Source: Myxococcales bacterium
GTDB lineage: Bacteria > Myxococcota > Myxococcia > Myxococcales > 40CM-4-68-19
Direction of reading: 5' to 3'
Assembly (NCBI GenBank): GCA_036488495.1
Contig: DASXHM010000125.1
Location: 24,560 to 88,559, forward strand
DNA length: 64,000 nt
Of the stretch, positions 1-10,503 are shown piece after piece. Under the pieces are notes generated by a model. That model worked only from the letters and a program-made list of their open reading frames with translations. It searched no databases and had not been told where the DNA came from. The position numbers were made by a program, and so were the translations under genes. Position 1 is the first letter of the stretch; each line of letters opens with the position of its first letter.

Positions 1-783
1 ATCCGGGCGCTGATCTATTTCGCGATCTGGACGGCCTATTCGTATCGACTGCGCTCGATGTCGATTCTGCAGGACCGCACGGGCGATCCGGCACTGACGG
101 CGCGGATGCGCTGGATCTCGCCGTCGGGGCTGGTGCTGTTCGTCCTGTCGGTGACCTTCGCTTCGTTCGATTGGCTGATGTCGCTCCAGCCCACCTGGTA
201 TTCGACCATCTTCGGCCTGTATTTCTATGCGGGCGCGTTCGTCGCCTCGCTGGCGCTCGTCTGCGTGGTGGTGACGTACCTGCGGGCGGCGCAGACGCCG
301 TGGGGTCAGCTCCTCACCGTCGACCAGCAGCACAACCTGGGCAAGCTCTTGCTCGCGTTCGTCGCCTTCTGGGCGTACATGCAGTTCTCCCAGTACATGC
401 TGATCTGGGCCGGCAACCTGCCTGAAGAGCTGACCTGGATCGTGGTCCGCAGCAAGGGCGTGTGGCGGCCGATCGGCCAGTTCATCATCTTCGGCCACTT
501 CATCATCCCGTTCTTCGCCTTGCTCTCGCGCAAGCTGAAGCGCACCTCCGCCCTCGCGCTGGTCGGCGTCTGGCTCCTCTTCGTCCATTACGTCGACCTC
601 TATTGGGTGGTGATGCCCGCCGCGGACTACGACCACATCGGGTTGCACCTCTCGCACTTCACCGCCTTCATCGGCATCGGCGGCGTCTCGATTGCCGCGG
701 CGGTCGCGTTGGTCCGGTCGGCGCCGCCGGTCCCGGTCAAGGATCCCTTCCTGGAAGACTCGCTCCGGTACGTACAGCCATGA
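1..783 (+). CDS. NrfD-like quinol-binding membrane subunit of alternative complex III (ActF/ActC type), 5'-partial
   Basis: The frame is open from base 1 (IRALIYFAIWTAYSYRLRSM...), so the ATG at 58 in the track is internal. The product is polytopic and carries ...QFSQYMLIWAGNLPEELTW..., which I associate with ACIII ActF/ActC subunits. It sits directly upstream of a caa3-type oxidase operon. Confidence 0.6.
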   Translation: MRALIYFAIWTAYSYRLRSMSILQDRTGDPALTARMRWISPSGLVLFVLSVTFASFDWLMSLQPTWYSTIFGLYFYAGAFVASLALVCVVVTYLRAAQTPWGQLLTVDQQHNLGKLLLAFVAFWAYMQFSQYMLIWAGNLPEELTWIVVRSKGVWRPIGQFIIFGHFIIPFFALLSRKLKRTSALALVGVWLLFVHYVDLYWVVMPAADYDHIGLHLSHFTAFIGIGGVSIAAAVALVRSAPPVPVKDPFLEDSLRYVQP

Positions 784-793
784 GCCGAACGCC

Positions 794-1183
794 ATGAGCC
801 ACCAGCCGTCGCATTCGACAGAACAGATGAGCCCGCCGCCTTCGCAATCGGCGGAGGCGATCCATTGGGGAAAGGTGATCGGCGTCGGCGTCAGCGCGCT
901 CGTGCTCTTCACCGCCGCGACGCTGGTTTCGTACCGCTTCCAAACCGCGCGCGAAAAGGAGCTGCAGCCGCTCGGGCCGGACGCGCTGCCGCACCAGGTG
1001 GGCCAGGCCGAGATCGGCATCGTCGACCAGGTGCCCTTCGACGTCACCCGCTCCCTGCAGAACTACCGCGACGATCGCAACCGCAGGCTCGAGAGCTGGG
1101 GCTGGGTCGACCGCAAGAACGGCATCGTCCACATGCCCGTGGAAGAGGCGATGGATCGCCTGATCAAGGAGCAGAAGAAGTGA
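794..1183 (+). CDS. Small single-pass membrane protein (possible ACIII/oxidase accessory subunit)
   Basis: ATG at 794 lies just after the upstream stop; the track start at 692 would overlap the preceding gene. One hydrophobic helix (VIGVGVSALVLFTAATLVSY). The stop overlaps the next start (GTGA at 1180-1183). Confidence 0.5.
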   Translation: MSHQPSHSTEQMSPPPSQSAEAIHWGKVIGVGVSALVLFTAATLVSYRFQTAREKELQPLGPDALPHQVGQAEIGIVDQVPFDVTRSLQNYRDDRNRRLESWGWVDRKNGIVHMPVEEAMDRLIKEQKK

Positions 1184-1974
1184 CGTTCGTCCTCGCCATC
1201 GTGCTCGCCGCCACCTCGGCCGCGCAGCCGCCGCCCGCCGCCCAGCCCGCCAACGACTCGGTAGACGTCGTCGAGCAGCTCGGCAGCTACGTCAAGGATG
1301 CGCCCTTCTTCGACAGCGACGGCAACCGCGTGCGGCTTCTCGACGTGGCGGCGCGCGGCAAGCCGGTCGTGCTCACGCTCATCTACTTCGACTGCGCCAT
1401 GCTCTGCAGCCTGGTGCAGAACGGCGTCATCAAGGCCTTGAACCAGACCGACCTGCGGCTTGGCCAGGACTACGAAGGTTTGACGGTCAGCTTCTCGCCG
1501 CACGACACGGTTCCGCAGGCGCGGCTGCGTCAGGGCGGGTATCTGCAGACGCTCGCCCACGCCGAAAAGGCGCATCCGTCGGACTGGCCGTACCTGGTCG
1601 GCGGCGAAACCGCCATCCGCACGCTGGCAGATTCGGTCGGCTTCCATTACCGCTGGGATCCGGAAGCGCAGCAGTTCGAGCACCCGGCGGTCAGCCTGGT
1701 GCTCGGCCCGGACGGCAAGATCTCCCGCTACCTCTACGGCGTCGAACAGAGCCCGCGCGATTTGAAGCTCGCCATTCTCGAGGCCGGCCAGGGCCGCGTC
1801 GGCACCACCCTCGACCGGGTGATCCTGCGCTGCTTCAAGTACGACCCTTCCAGCCGCAAGTACCATTTCTACGTCGTCGGAGCGCTGCGGCTCGGCTCTG
1901 GTGTCTGTGCGCTGGCGCTGTTCGCGCTGCTCGGCTTCCTCTGGCGCCGTGAAACGAAGAGGAAATCGGCATGA
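1180..1974 (+). CDS. SCO1/SenC-family copper chaperone (thioredoxin-like)
   Basis: GTG at 1180 overlaps the upstream stop. N-terminal anchor VTFVLAIVLAATSAAQ, CxxxC motif (YFDCAMLCSLV), C-terminal TM helix, and a position immediately before coxB. The track start at 865 runs through the previous gene in another frame. Confidence 0.7.
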   Translation: MTFVLAIVLAATSAAQPPPAAQPANDSVDVVEQLGSYVKDAPFFDSDGNRVRLLDVAARGKPVVLTLIYFDCAMLCSLVQNGVIKALNQTDLRLGQDYEGLTVSFSPHDTVPQARLRQGGYLQTLAHAEKAHPSDWPYLVGGETAIRTLADSVGFHYRWDPEAQQFEHPAVSLVLGPDGKISRYLYGVEQSPRDLKLAILEAGQGRVGTTLDRVILRCFKYDPSSRKYHFYVVGALRLGSGVCALALFALLGFLWRRETKRKSA

Positions 1975-3000
1975 ACGAGACTTTGCGCAGACTCTTGTTC
2001 CTGCCCGTGCAGGCGTCCACGTTCGCGCGCGACCTGGACCAGCTCCACTTCTTCGTCATCATCACCACCTTCATCATGTCGACCGCCGTCGGCGTGACCG
2101 CGCTCATCTTCTTCGCCCGCTACCGCCGCCGCTCCGAGAACCAGACCACTCCGCACATCGAGCCCACCTGGTGGATGGAGGGGATGTTCATCGGCATCCC
2201 GCTCAGCTTCTTCCTGCTCTGGTTCTTCCTCGGCTTCCACGAGTTCGTGCGGCAGCAGACGCCGCCGTCCGACGCGATGGACGTGTACGTGCAAGCGAAG
2301 AAGTGGATGTGGAAGTTCGCCTATCCGGACGGCCCCAACAGCATCAACGTCTTGCGGGTGCCGGCGGGAAGGAACGTGCGGCTCTTGATGACCTCGCGCG
2401 ACGTCATCCACTCCTTCTACGTGCCGGAGTTCCGCACCAAGCGGGACGTGCTGCCGGGCCGCTATACGCAGATCTGGTTCAATGCCACGACGCCAGGGCG
2501 CTACCAGATCCTCTGCGCGGAATACTGCGGCGCGGGCCATTCGATCATGCGCGGCGAAGTCATCGTGCTCAAGCCGCAGGAGTACGAGGACTGGCTCTCC
2601 TCGCAGAAGCGCGGCCTCGTCGCCCGGCAGGACGGGTCGCCCACCGAGCTCGACTTCTCGCCGCCGCTCGGGAACCTCGTCGATCAAGGCAAGCGCATCG
2701 CCGCCGAGCAGGGCTGCCTCAAGTGCCATTCGACCGACGGCACCCGCCACATCGGCCCCACCTGGCTCGACCTCTACCACCGCAGGGAGAAGCTGAACGA
2801 CGGCAGCTTCGTCGACGCGGACGAGGCCTACCTGACCGAATCGATGATGGACCCGCCGCTCAAGGTGGTGGAAGGCTTCCAGCCGGTGATGCCCAGCTTC
2901 CAGGGCAAGATCTCCGGCCCGGAAGTGGCCGCCCTCGTCGAATACATCAAATCCCTGCAAAGCGACGCGGTCCGCACCGGACCGTCGGAAGGACCCGCCT

Positions 3001-3023
<23 letters not shown>
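1971..3023 (+). CDS. coxB: Cytochrome c oxidase subunit II with fused C-terminal cytochrome c domain (caa3 type)
   Basis: Two N-terminal TM helices, CuA site HSFYVPEF...CAEYCGAGHSIM, and a C-terminal CLKCH heme c motif. Confidence 0.9.
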
Positions 3024-4645
<1,622 letters not shown>

Positions 4646-4656
<11 letters not shown>

Positions 4657-5314
4657 AGAGAGCGCGACTCCGGGTTTCGAGGGAGTTCCGCCGGAGCTGA
4701 TCGGCCATCACTTCGACGGCATCGCCCGGCAGAACGAAGCGATGCGGCTCGGCATGTGGCTGTTCCTCGCCACCGAGGTGCTGCTCTTCGCCGGCCTCTT
4801 CTGCGCGTATTCGGTCTATCGATTCGAGTTCCCGGTGGCATTCGAGGAGTGCAGCCGGCACTTGAACATCCCGCTCGGCACCCTGAACACGGTGGTCTTG
4901 ATCACCTCCAGCTTCACGGTGGCGCTCGCCATCCATTTCGCCCGCACCGACAAGCGGAAGGCCTCGGCCATCTGCCTCGTCATCACCCTCTTGTTCGCGC
5001 TCGGCTTCTTGGGAATCAAAGCCATCGAATACACGCAGCACTTCCACGAGCATGCGCTCCCCGGCAAGTATTACTCCTCCGAGGAGGTGAAGGCGCCCGG
5101 CGCGGCGATGTTCTACACGCTCTACTTCCTCATGACCGGCCTGCACGGCGTGCACGTCGTCGCCGGCATGAGCGTGCTCAGCTACATCCTCTGGCGCACG
5201 CTGCAGGGCAGGTATTCGTCCACGTACTACACCGGCGTCGAATTGGGCGGCCTCTATTGGCACCTCGTCGACCTGGTGTGGATCTTCCTCTATCCGTTGC
5301 TCTATCTCATCTAA
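4646..5314 (+). CDS. coxC: Cytochrome c oxidase subunit III
   Basis: Multi-TM protein with typical subunit III sequence (...LGMWLFLATEVLLFAGLF..., ...WHLVDLVWIFLYPLLYL). It overlaps the coxA stop. Confidence 0.85.
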
Positions 5315-5328
5315 AGGCCAAGACGCCC

Positions 5329-5706
5329 ATGGCACACGAGCACGAGCACGCGGAGCACCATTCGGCCATCCCCTACGTGGTGGTGTGGATCGTGCTCCTC
5401 ATCTTCACCGCGCTCACCTACATCACCGGAACGCAACACATCGGCAAGTGGGCGCTGCCGGTCGCGTTGGCCATCGCGACGGCCAAGTCGGCGCTGGTCG
5501 CCATCATCTTCATGCACCTGCGCGAGTCGAGCGGCGCCACCCGGCTCGTCTTCGTCACCGCGCTGGTGTTCGTCGGGCTGCTTCTGACCTTTACTCTTGG
5601 CGACGTCGCAACGCGCTTTTCACTATCAACACCCGCCGGCGCGCCATTCGGGACCGAGCGATCGCAGCCCGAAGGACTGCTCGAGCACGAGATGCCTGCC
5701 GAATAG
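5329..5706 (+). CDS. Cytochrome c oxidase small subunit IV-like membrane protein
   Basis: ATG at 5329 follows the coxC stop closely. His-rich N-terminus MAHEHEHAEHH followed by three hydrophobic helices. The track ORF 4756..5706 starts far upstream in an alternate frame of coxC. Confidence 0.6.
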   Translation: MAHEHEHAEHHSAIPYVVVWIVLLIFTALTYITGTQHIGKWALPVALAIATAKSALVAIIFMHLRESSGATRLVFVTALVFVGLLLTFTLGDVATRFSLSTPAGAPFGTERSQPEGLLEHEMPAE

Positions 5707-5712
5707 GCCGCC

Positions 5713-6003
5713 TCAAGGGTGCTTGCCTTCGGCTTCCATTCCGCGACCGATGTTCTCGCGGCGGCTCGGATCGTCGGGCCGCCCGCCCAGCATGCGCCGC
5801 TCGGCCTCGGCGAAGTCGCGCAGACACTCTTCTTGTGAGGCGTACTGCTCTTTCGGCAGGCTCTTCATGAAGTTGATCACTTCCAAGGGCGCTTCGCTGT
5901 CTTCCGCCGTCTCGACCAATTCGTCGCGGGAGACGGGGAATTCGACCTGGGAGAGGATGAACGCGGGGCTTCTGGTAGGGTTCTCGCCAATGCCATTTGC
6001 CAT
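5713..6003 (-). CDS. DUF2795-like small protein
   Basis: ATG at 6003 (minus) gives a 96-aa product, MANGIGENPTRSPAFILSQVEFPVSRDELVETAEDSEAPLEVINFMKSLP.... This matches my memory of DUF2795. The upstream part of track ORF 5713..6585 is Arg/Gly-rich and not protein-like. Confidence 0.55.
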   Translation of the reverse strand: MANGIGENPTRSPAFILSQVEFPVSRDELVETAEDSEAPLEVINFMKSLPKEQYASQEECLRDFAEAERRMLGGRPDDPSRRENIGRGMEAEGKHP

Positions 6004-6164
6004 ACGAAGAACGTAAGTCCGAGGCCGGCACTTCGGCCCGCCCCGTCGCTGTGCGGTGAGGAGAGTGCCTGCCCGTCCGGCCGTCGTCCGGCGACGACAT
6101 CCGCGACTACGAGGACGCCGTACGGTCGGGTCGACCGCCGGGCTGCACAGCGATTCCCCTGCAA

Positions 6165-6890
6165 TCAGATGCCGACCGCGGCGGGCTTCTTTGCGTGCCG
6201 CACTCCGTCCAGCATCGCCGCGAGCGATGCGGCAGATAGCGCGGTCGGGCGCGTCGAAGGGAGGATGATGCCCGCAAGGTTGCCTTCCGCGTCGAAGAGC
6301 GGGCCGCCCCAGTAGCGCGAGTCGAGCGCGTGGTTGCTGGTAAGGAGAAGGGCGTCGTCGCTCGCCGCCACGGAGGCCACCCCGATCACGCGGATACCCT
6401 CTTCGTCCGCGCCCAGCGCAATCAGCGGCGCGCCTGCCTTGGGAGCCTGGCTCTCGAGCGGCAGCGACGAGATAGACGCGGTGCCCGGCAGCCGCAGGAG
6501 CGCGAGGTCGACTTCCGGGAACCAAGCCACCACCTCCGCAACGACCACGCCGTTCTGCGGCACCTGTACCTGGATGTTCTTCCACGGCACCATCTTGCCC
6601 GGCAGCGAGATGCCCACCGTATGCAGCGCGGTGACCGCGAAGCCGTCGCCGAGCAGCGTCGCGGCGCCGAAGCTCACTGTCGTCCCGAGCGCCTGCGGGT
6701 CGCCGGAGGAAGCGACCGCGGCGTCGGCGCGAACCACCACGACCCGGGAATGGACGCGATCGGCCACCACCTTCAGATCCGTCTCCGGATTGCCGGGCAC
6801 GACCACCGCAGCCCGGGCCGCGTTGGCTGCAACACCAAAGGAAAGAGCAAGAGCCACGGCGGGCACGAACGCAGCGCGCGGGAAGGTCAT
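6165..6890 (-). CDS. Secreted trypsin-like (S1/HtrA-type fold) protein lacking the catalytic serine
   Basis: Signal peptide MTFPRAAFVPAVALALSFGVAANAARA. His region VTALHTV and Asp region VDLALLRL are present. The GxSGGP box reads RYWGGPLFDAEGNLAGI, with Trp (codon at 6309-6311) in the nucleophile position. Confidence 0.6.
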   Translation of the reverse strand: MTFPRAAFVPAVALALSFGVAANAARAAVVVPGNPETDLKVVADRVHSRVVVVRADAAVASSGDPQALGTTVSFGAATLLGDGFAVTALHTVGISLPGKMVPWKNIQVQVPQNGVVVAEVVAWFPEVDLALLRLPGTASISSLPLESQAPKAGAPLIALGADEEGIRVIGVASVAASDDALLLTSNHALDSRYWGGPLFDAEGNLAGIILPSTRPTALSAASLAAMLDGVRHAKKPAAVGI

Positions 6891-7033
6891 GCCCCCCTTA
6901 TGCGTGCTGCAATGTTGCGGCGCATTGCGAACTCATCTCGATTCGTCAAGCGAGCGCGCACCATCGCTTCGCCAGTTGTTTCTCTTCCGAGCACCGCATC
7001 GAATCCGGGTTCGCGTCGCGTTATCTTGCGCAG

Positions 7034-7705
7034 ATGCCGACTCTCGTGCTGCTCATCGCGGCGATCGCGCTCCCGGCGGCGGCCCAGGAACAGCGGCCAC
7101 AGCAAGAACCTGCCGCGGAGCAGCCGCCCGCCGCCGCGCAGCAGCAAGAACAACCCGCACCGCAGCAAAACGCCCCCGCAGGAGCGGCGAAGCCGGCCGA
7201 ACCTTCGCCCGCGCTCGACTTCGACCTCCTCGGCCAGCCGAAGCCCGTCACGCTCGTCGACGACGCCGCTCTGCGCCGCCGCCGCACCCTCTTGAACTGG
7301 CACCAGGCCGCGGGCCTCGGCATGCTGGGGATCGCGCTTGCCAACACCGTCGTCGGGCAGCTCAACTACTCCGACCGCTTCGCTTCCGGTCCCTCGACGG
7401 GGCGTTACGAGATGGCGCACCAGATCACCGCCGTCGCCACCGTCGTCGCGTTCACGGGCACAGGCCTCCTCGCCGTGTTCGCGCCCAACCCTCTGCCGAA
7501 GACGGGCGGGTTCGATCGCACCACCATCCACAAGGTCGCCATGTACAGCGCGGCCGGCGCCATGGCCGCGGAGGCGGTGCTCGGGATCTACACCGCCGGC
7601 CGCGAGGGCTACCTCAACCAGCCCACCTACGCCACAGCCCACCTCGCGCTCGGCTACTTCACGTTCGCGGCGATCTCGCTCGGCGTCGGCGTCATCGTCT
7701 TCTGA
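7034..7705 (+). CDS. Hypothetical membrane protein with Gln/Pro/Ala-rich N-terminal region
   Basis: Signal-like N-terminus, a low-complexity QEQRPQQEPAAEQPPAAAQQQEQ stretch, then about four hydrophobic helices. No family recognised. Confidence 0.5.
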   Translation: MPTLVLLIAAIALPAAAQEQRPQQEPAAEQPPAAAQQQEQPAPQQNAPAGAAKPAEPSPALDFDLLGQPKPVTLVDDAALRRRRTLLNWHQAAGLGMLGIALANTVVGQLNYSDRFASGPSTGRYEMAHQITAVATVVAFTGTGLLAVFAPNPLPKTGGFDRTTIHKVAMYSAAGAMAAEAVLGIYTAGREGYLNQPTYATAHLALGYFTFAAISLGVGVIVF

Positions 7706-7721
7706 ACGGAGAAACGTCTCC

Positions 7722-8246
7722 ATGCTGCTCGCAGCCTTCCTCGCGCTGGCATCCTCCTGGACCGTCGATCCGGCGCGCAGCACGCTGCGCTACGCCGTCA
7801 CCCACAAGTTGCACCAGGTGGACGCGACCTCGAAGGAGATCGAGGGAAAGGCGGTCGTGCGCGGCGATTCGGTCCTGACGGAGGTCCGCGCGCAGGTTGC
7901 GAGCTTCCACTCCGGCGACGGCAACCGCGACGAGCACATGGACGAGGTGATGAGCATCGGAACGTACCCGTACGTGGTCGTGAAAGGAGTGGCGCGGCTT
8001 CGCGACGGCCAACTGCCCGCTGGCCCCTTGCAGATGACCGCGCAGGTCGATCTGCACGGGGTGAAGAAGACGTATGAGGTGCCGGTCTCGGTCGCGCCGC
8101 AGTCCGACGGGTCCTTGCGGGTGACGGCGAAGATCGACGTCAGCCTCGACGCGCATCACGTCGAGCGCCCGTCGCTGCTGTTCGTCAAGATCGACGACGA
8201 CTGCCGCATCGACGTCGACCTCGTCCTGCGGGAGCAGAAGCAATGA
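7722..8246 (+). CDS. YceI-like periplasmic protein
   Basis: ATG at 7722. N-terminal signal MLLAAFLALASS, then W.VD...S.L.Y.V.HK.H and ...FHSGDGNRDEHM..., typical of YceI-like domains. The track start at 7338 overlaps the previous gene. Confidence 0.6.
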   Translation: MLLAAFLALASSWTVDPARSTLRYAVTHKLHQVDATSKEIEGKAVVRGDSVLTEVRAQVASFHSGDGNRDEHMDEVMSIGTYPYVVVKGVARLRDGQLPAGPLQMTAQVDLHGVKKTYEVPVSVAPQSDGSLRVTAKIDVSLDAHHVERPSLLFVKIDDDCRIDVDLVLREQKQ

Positions 8247-8665
8247 GGTGGGCCGCGGCCGCGGTGCTCATCGCAGCCTGCGTTCCCGCCGAAGGGCCGG
8301 CGATGGACCCGGGCGAGAACTGCCAAGGCTGCCACGGTAGCGGGAACCAGCCGCTCTACCAGGGCGAGGAGCGCAGGCACGCAACCGACTGGACCATCGC
8401 GGGCACGGTCTTCGATGTCGGCGACGCCGGAGTCGAAGGCGCCGAGGTGCAGATCACGGATTCGGCCGGCTTCAGCTTTTCGCTGCGCAGCAACCTCGCC
8501 GGCAACTTCTATTCGAAAGAGACGGTCGCGTTCCCGCTCCAAGCCTGCATCGCGCGCGACGGCAGGACGGTCTGCCAAGAGTCCCCCGTTGCCAGCGGGT
8601 CGTGCAACGCCTGCCACAACGCCGCCTCGGCCCAGTTGCCGCAGGCCGAGTTGATTGCGCCGTAA
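8243..8665 (+). CDS. Putative dihaem c-type cytochrome lipoprotein
   Basis: Start overlaps the upstream stop. Lipobox-like LIAAC. Two CxxCH motifs (CQGCH, CNACH) flank a small beta-rich middle segment. Confidence 0.5.
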   Translation: MRWAAAAVLIAACVPAEGPAMDPGENCQGCHGSGNQPLYQGEERRHATDWTIAGTVFDVGDAGVEGAEVQITDSAGFSFSLRSNLAGNFYSKETVAFPLQACIARDGRTVCQESPVASGSCNACHNAASAQLPQAELIAP

Positions 8666-8742
8666 CGGACGTCGCGTTCGAAGCCTGCATGGAAAAAGGA
8701 GAGGTGGAACATGGGGCGAGGCACGCTAAACCGCCGCTAGCC

Positions 8743-9381
8743 TCATGGGGAAGTCCTCGCGGGCGCGCCGGCGTCCTCCCCGTTCGCTGTCTTCGTCGAG
8801 AGCGCCTGATCGAAGCGGGTCTCCTCCAGCGAGCGGAACGGCCTGGCATCCGGCGCGCAGTCCTTCACCGCCACCGTCGTCGAAGTCTGCGCCAGATCCG
8901 GCACGCGCAGCTCCCAGCAGTCGTCGAGCGACGAGCAGTAGCAAGCCTCGAAGCCGAGCCTGCGGCGCTGCCTGAGGAGCTCGATCGCCTGCGCGCCCGA
9001 GAGCTTGATCGGCGCGATCTGCTGCCCGGGGCTCATCACCTCGTTCTCGACCTCGTTGATCGCCGGCATCGTGAAGCGACGAAGCTTCAGGAGCGCGCCG
9101 ATCGCCGCCACCCAGTCGACCTGCGGCTGACCGTCGACCCAGACGCGGACGCGTTTCACCTGCGCCGGCCCGACCCCGCGGTTCTGCACTTGCAGCGTGA
9201 CCACGTCGTCGGTCCAGTCGGTGTCGAGGTTGAGCCGCGGCCACACCTGGGCCCGCACCTGCTGCCGCTGCAGATAGACGTTGTACGTCGAAGTGCCGAG
9301 CGCAAGCGCGCCGACGAGCCCGCTCACCGAAGCGGCGAGAAGGTCGCGATGCCGCGCGAACCAGCCGGGGTGCGGAGCCAC
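8743..9381 (-). CDS. Hypothetical membrane-anchored protein
   Basis: I chose GTG at 9381 as the start because it precedes a single TM helix (LLAASVSGLVGALALGTSTY). The rest is non-repetitive and protein-like. The upstream part of the 324-aa track ORF looks non-coding. The start is uncertain. Confidence 0.35.
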   Translation of the reverse strand: MAPHPGWFARHRDLLAASVSGLVGALALGTSTYNVYLQRQQVRAQVWPRLNLDTDWTDDVVTLQVQNRGVGPAQVKRVRVWVDGQPQVDWVAAIGALLKLRRFTMPAINEVENEVMSPGQQIAPIKLSGAQAIELLRQRRRLGFEACYCSSLDDCWELRVPDLAQTSTTVAVKDCAPDARPFRSLEETRFDQALSTKTANGEDAGAPARTSP

Positions 9382-9534
9382 GCAACGGCATTGTGGCACC
9401 GCGTCCGCGTGGGCGTCCACATCGAAACCCAAATCCGGGGTCGTCGGCGCGAAGACATGGCAACCCGGGGTACGGTGCGCCGATGCGGCTTCTCCTGATC
9501 GCGTTGGCCGTCTGCGGTTGCGCGCATCGGCAGC

Positions 9535-10032
9535 GTGTACGCGCTGGGCGATGAGCTGAGCGTCGTTGCCGACGGCCTGGAGGTCGCCGTGCGCAACGAG
9601 CGGCAGCCCGGCATGATTGGCGCCAGGAAGGGGCCCCTCTTCATGATGCGGCCACGCGCCGACTACGCCGCCAACCACTGCTACGAAGGCTTCTACAACC
9701 CCTATGAGATCGCGCACCCCGACAGCGCCGGGCTGTCGCAGAGCTTTGTCCTCTGCAAGGATCCAGAGAACCCGGACGACGCCACCGCCTTCTTTATTGG
9801 CCTTCGCGCCCGCACCAGCAAGTACGACTCGCTCGACGAGCAGCGGAAGGTGCAGGAAATCGCTTTCACCGCGCGCACGCTGCCGGGGCTAGTCGAGGTC
9901 AAGATCGCCGGCGACAATCCGCGAACCGTTGCGTTGCCCGTCGACTCCGCGCCGTTTGGCGAGCATCCGGAGTACGTCGGCGCCATGGTCGCGCTCGGCG
10001 TCTGGCCCGTATCGGCGCGTTTGACGCGCTGA
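9535..10032 (+). CDS. Hypothetical protein, possibly a lipoprotein separated from its signal peptide by a frameshift
   Basis: The ORF starts only at GTG 9535. A 23-codon ORF in another frame (9483-9554, MRLLLIALAVCGCAHRQ...) encodes a lipoprotein-type signal peptide and overlaps this start. Confidence 0.4.
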   Translation: MYALGDELSVVADGLEVAVRNERQPGMIGARKGPLFMMRPRADYAANHCYEGFYNPYEIAHPDSAGLSQSFVLCKDPENPDDATAFFIGLRARTSKYDSLDEQRKVQEIAFTARTLPGLVEVKIAGDNPRTVALPVDSAPFGEHPEYVGAMVALGVWPVSARLTR

Positions 10033-10184
10033 CGCCGCGCGCTGGAAACGCTGGATGGTTGCAACGCTGGCTGCCGTCAGAATCGGTGACTGGGCGGAGG
10101 CGCGAATGGCGTTGAAGGCTCGGCTTTCGATGCCGCTGGTCTTGCCTCAAAGTTGCCAACCGCACAACCGCACAAGCCACGCTC

Positions 10185-10202
10185 GCGAACACTGTCCAGC
10201 GC
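10185..10202 (+). repeat. Copy A of the GCGAACACTGTCCAGCGC core motif
   Basis: The same 18-mer occurs at 50222 and 51433. With the upstream ACGCTC it matches copy C over 24 nt. The 40 nt to its right are the reverse complement of the sequence right of copy B. Confidence 0.7.
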
Positions 10203-10244
10203 GACCGACAACGCACGGGGACGGGTCATGCCCCCAAACTAGCG

Positions 10245-10340
10245 CGACGAGCTCCAAGTCGTAGAGCTGCGCGTAGGCGGCGACCTTGCCGCGCTGGGCC
10301 TCCAGGCTCACTCCGCGGTCGGCCTGTTTCTCCGTGCTCA
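10245..10340 (-). pseudogene. Fragment of a serine recombinase (resolvase-domain N-terminus)
   Basis: In my hand alignment, 95 nt match the 5' part of the recombinase gene at 36426 at 85 of 95 positions. The fragment encodes ...STEKQADRGVSLEAQRGKVAAYAQLYDLELV. There is no start codon and homology stops abruptly at both ends. Confidence 0.75.
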
Positions 10341-10503
10341 GGCTTTGACTCTAAGCGCGAGACGGTTGTCGCGCCCGAGGAGACAACGCGGCGGCGAAGG
10401 GGCTCGAAACGCCGTCTGGAGGGCGAATGCGGCAGGCACGGACAGTGCATTCAGGAGCAGTTCCAACCACGGGGTGTCCACCCCGCGGAGAGGGCGGCGC
10501 GCA

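Noticed and set aside
8711-8745. A 9-codon ORF (MGRGTLNRR) behind a strong AAGGAGAGGTGG SD, and a CCGCTAGCCT 10-mer shared with the 32-nt repeat.
   Set aside because: The peptide is too short to evaluate, and the 10-nt match could be chance in GC-rich DNA. I noted it but did not call it.
10185-10202. The 18-mer core GCGAACACTGTCCAGCGC as a LexA/SOS box. It contains an ACA-N-TGT partial palindrome and CGAAC.
   Set aside because: It does not fit the CTGT-N8-ACAG, GAAC-N4-GTTC or myxobacterial LexA consensus as I recall them without shifting positions. The extended 32-nt conservation and the association with breakpoints argue for a recombination or repeat role.
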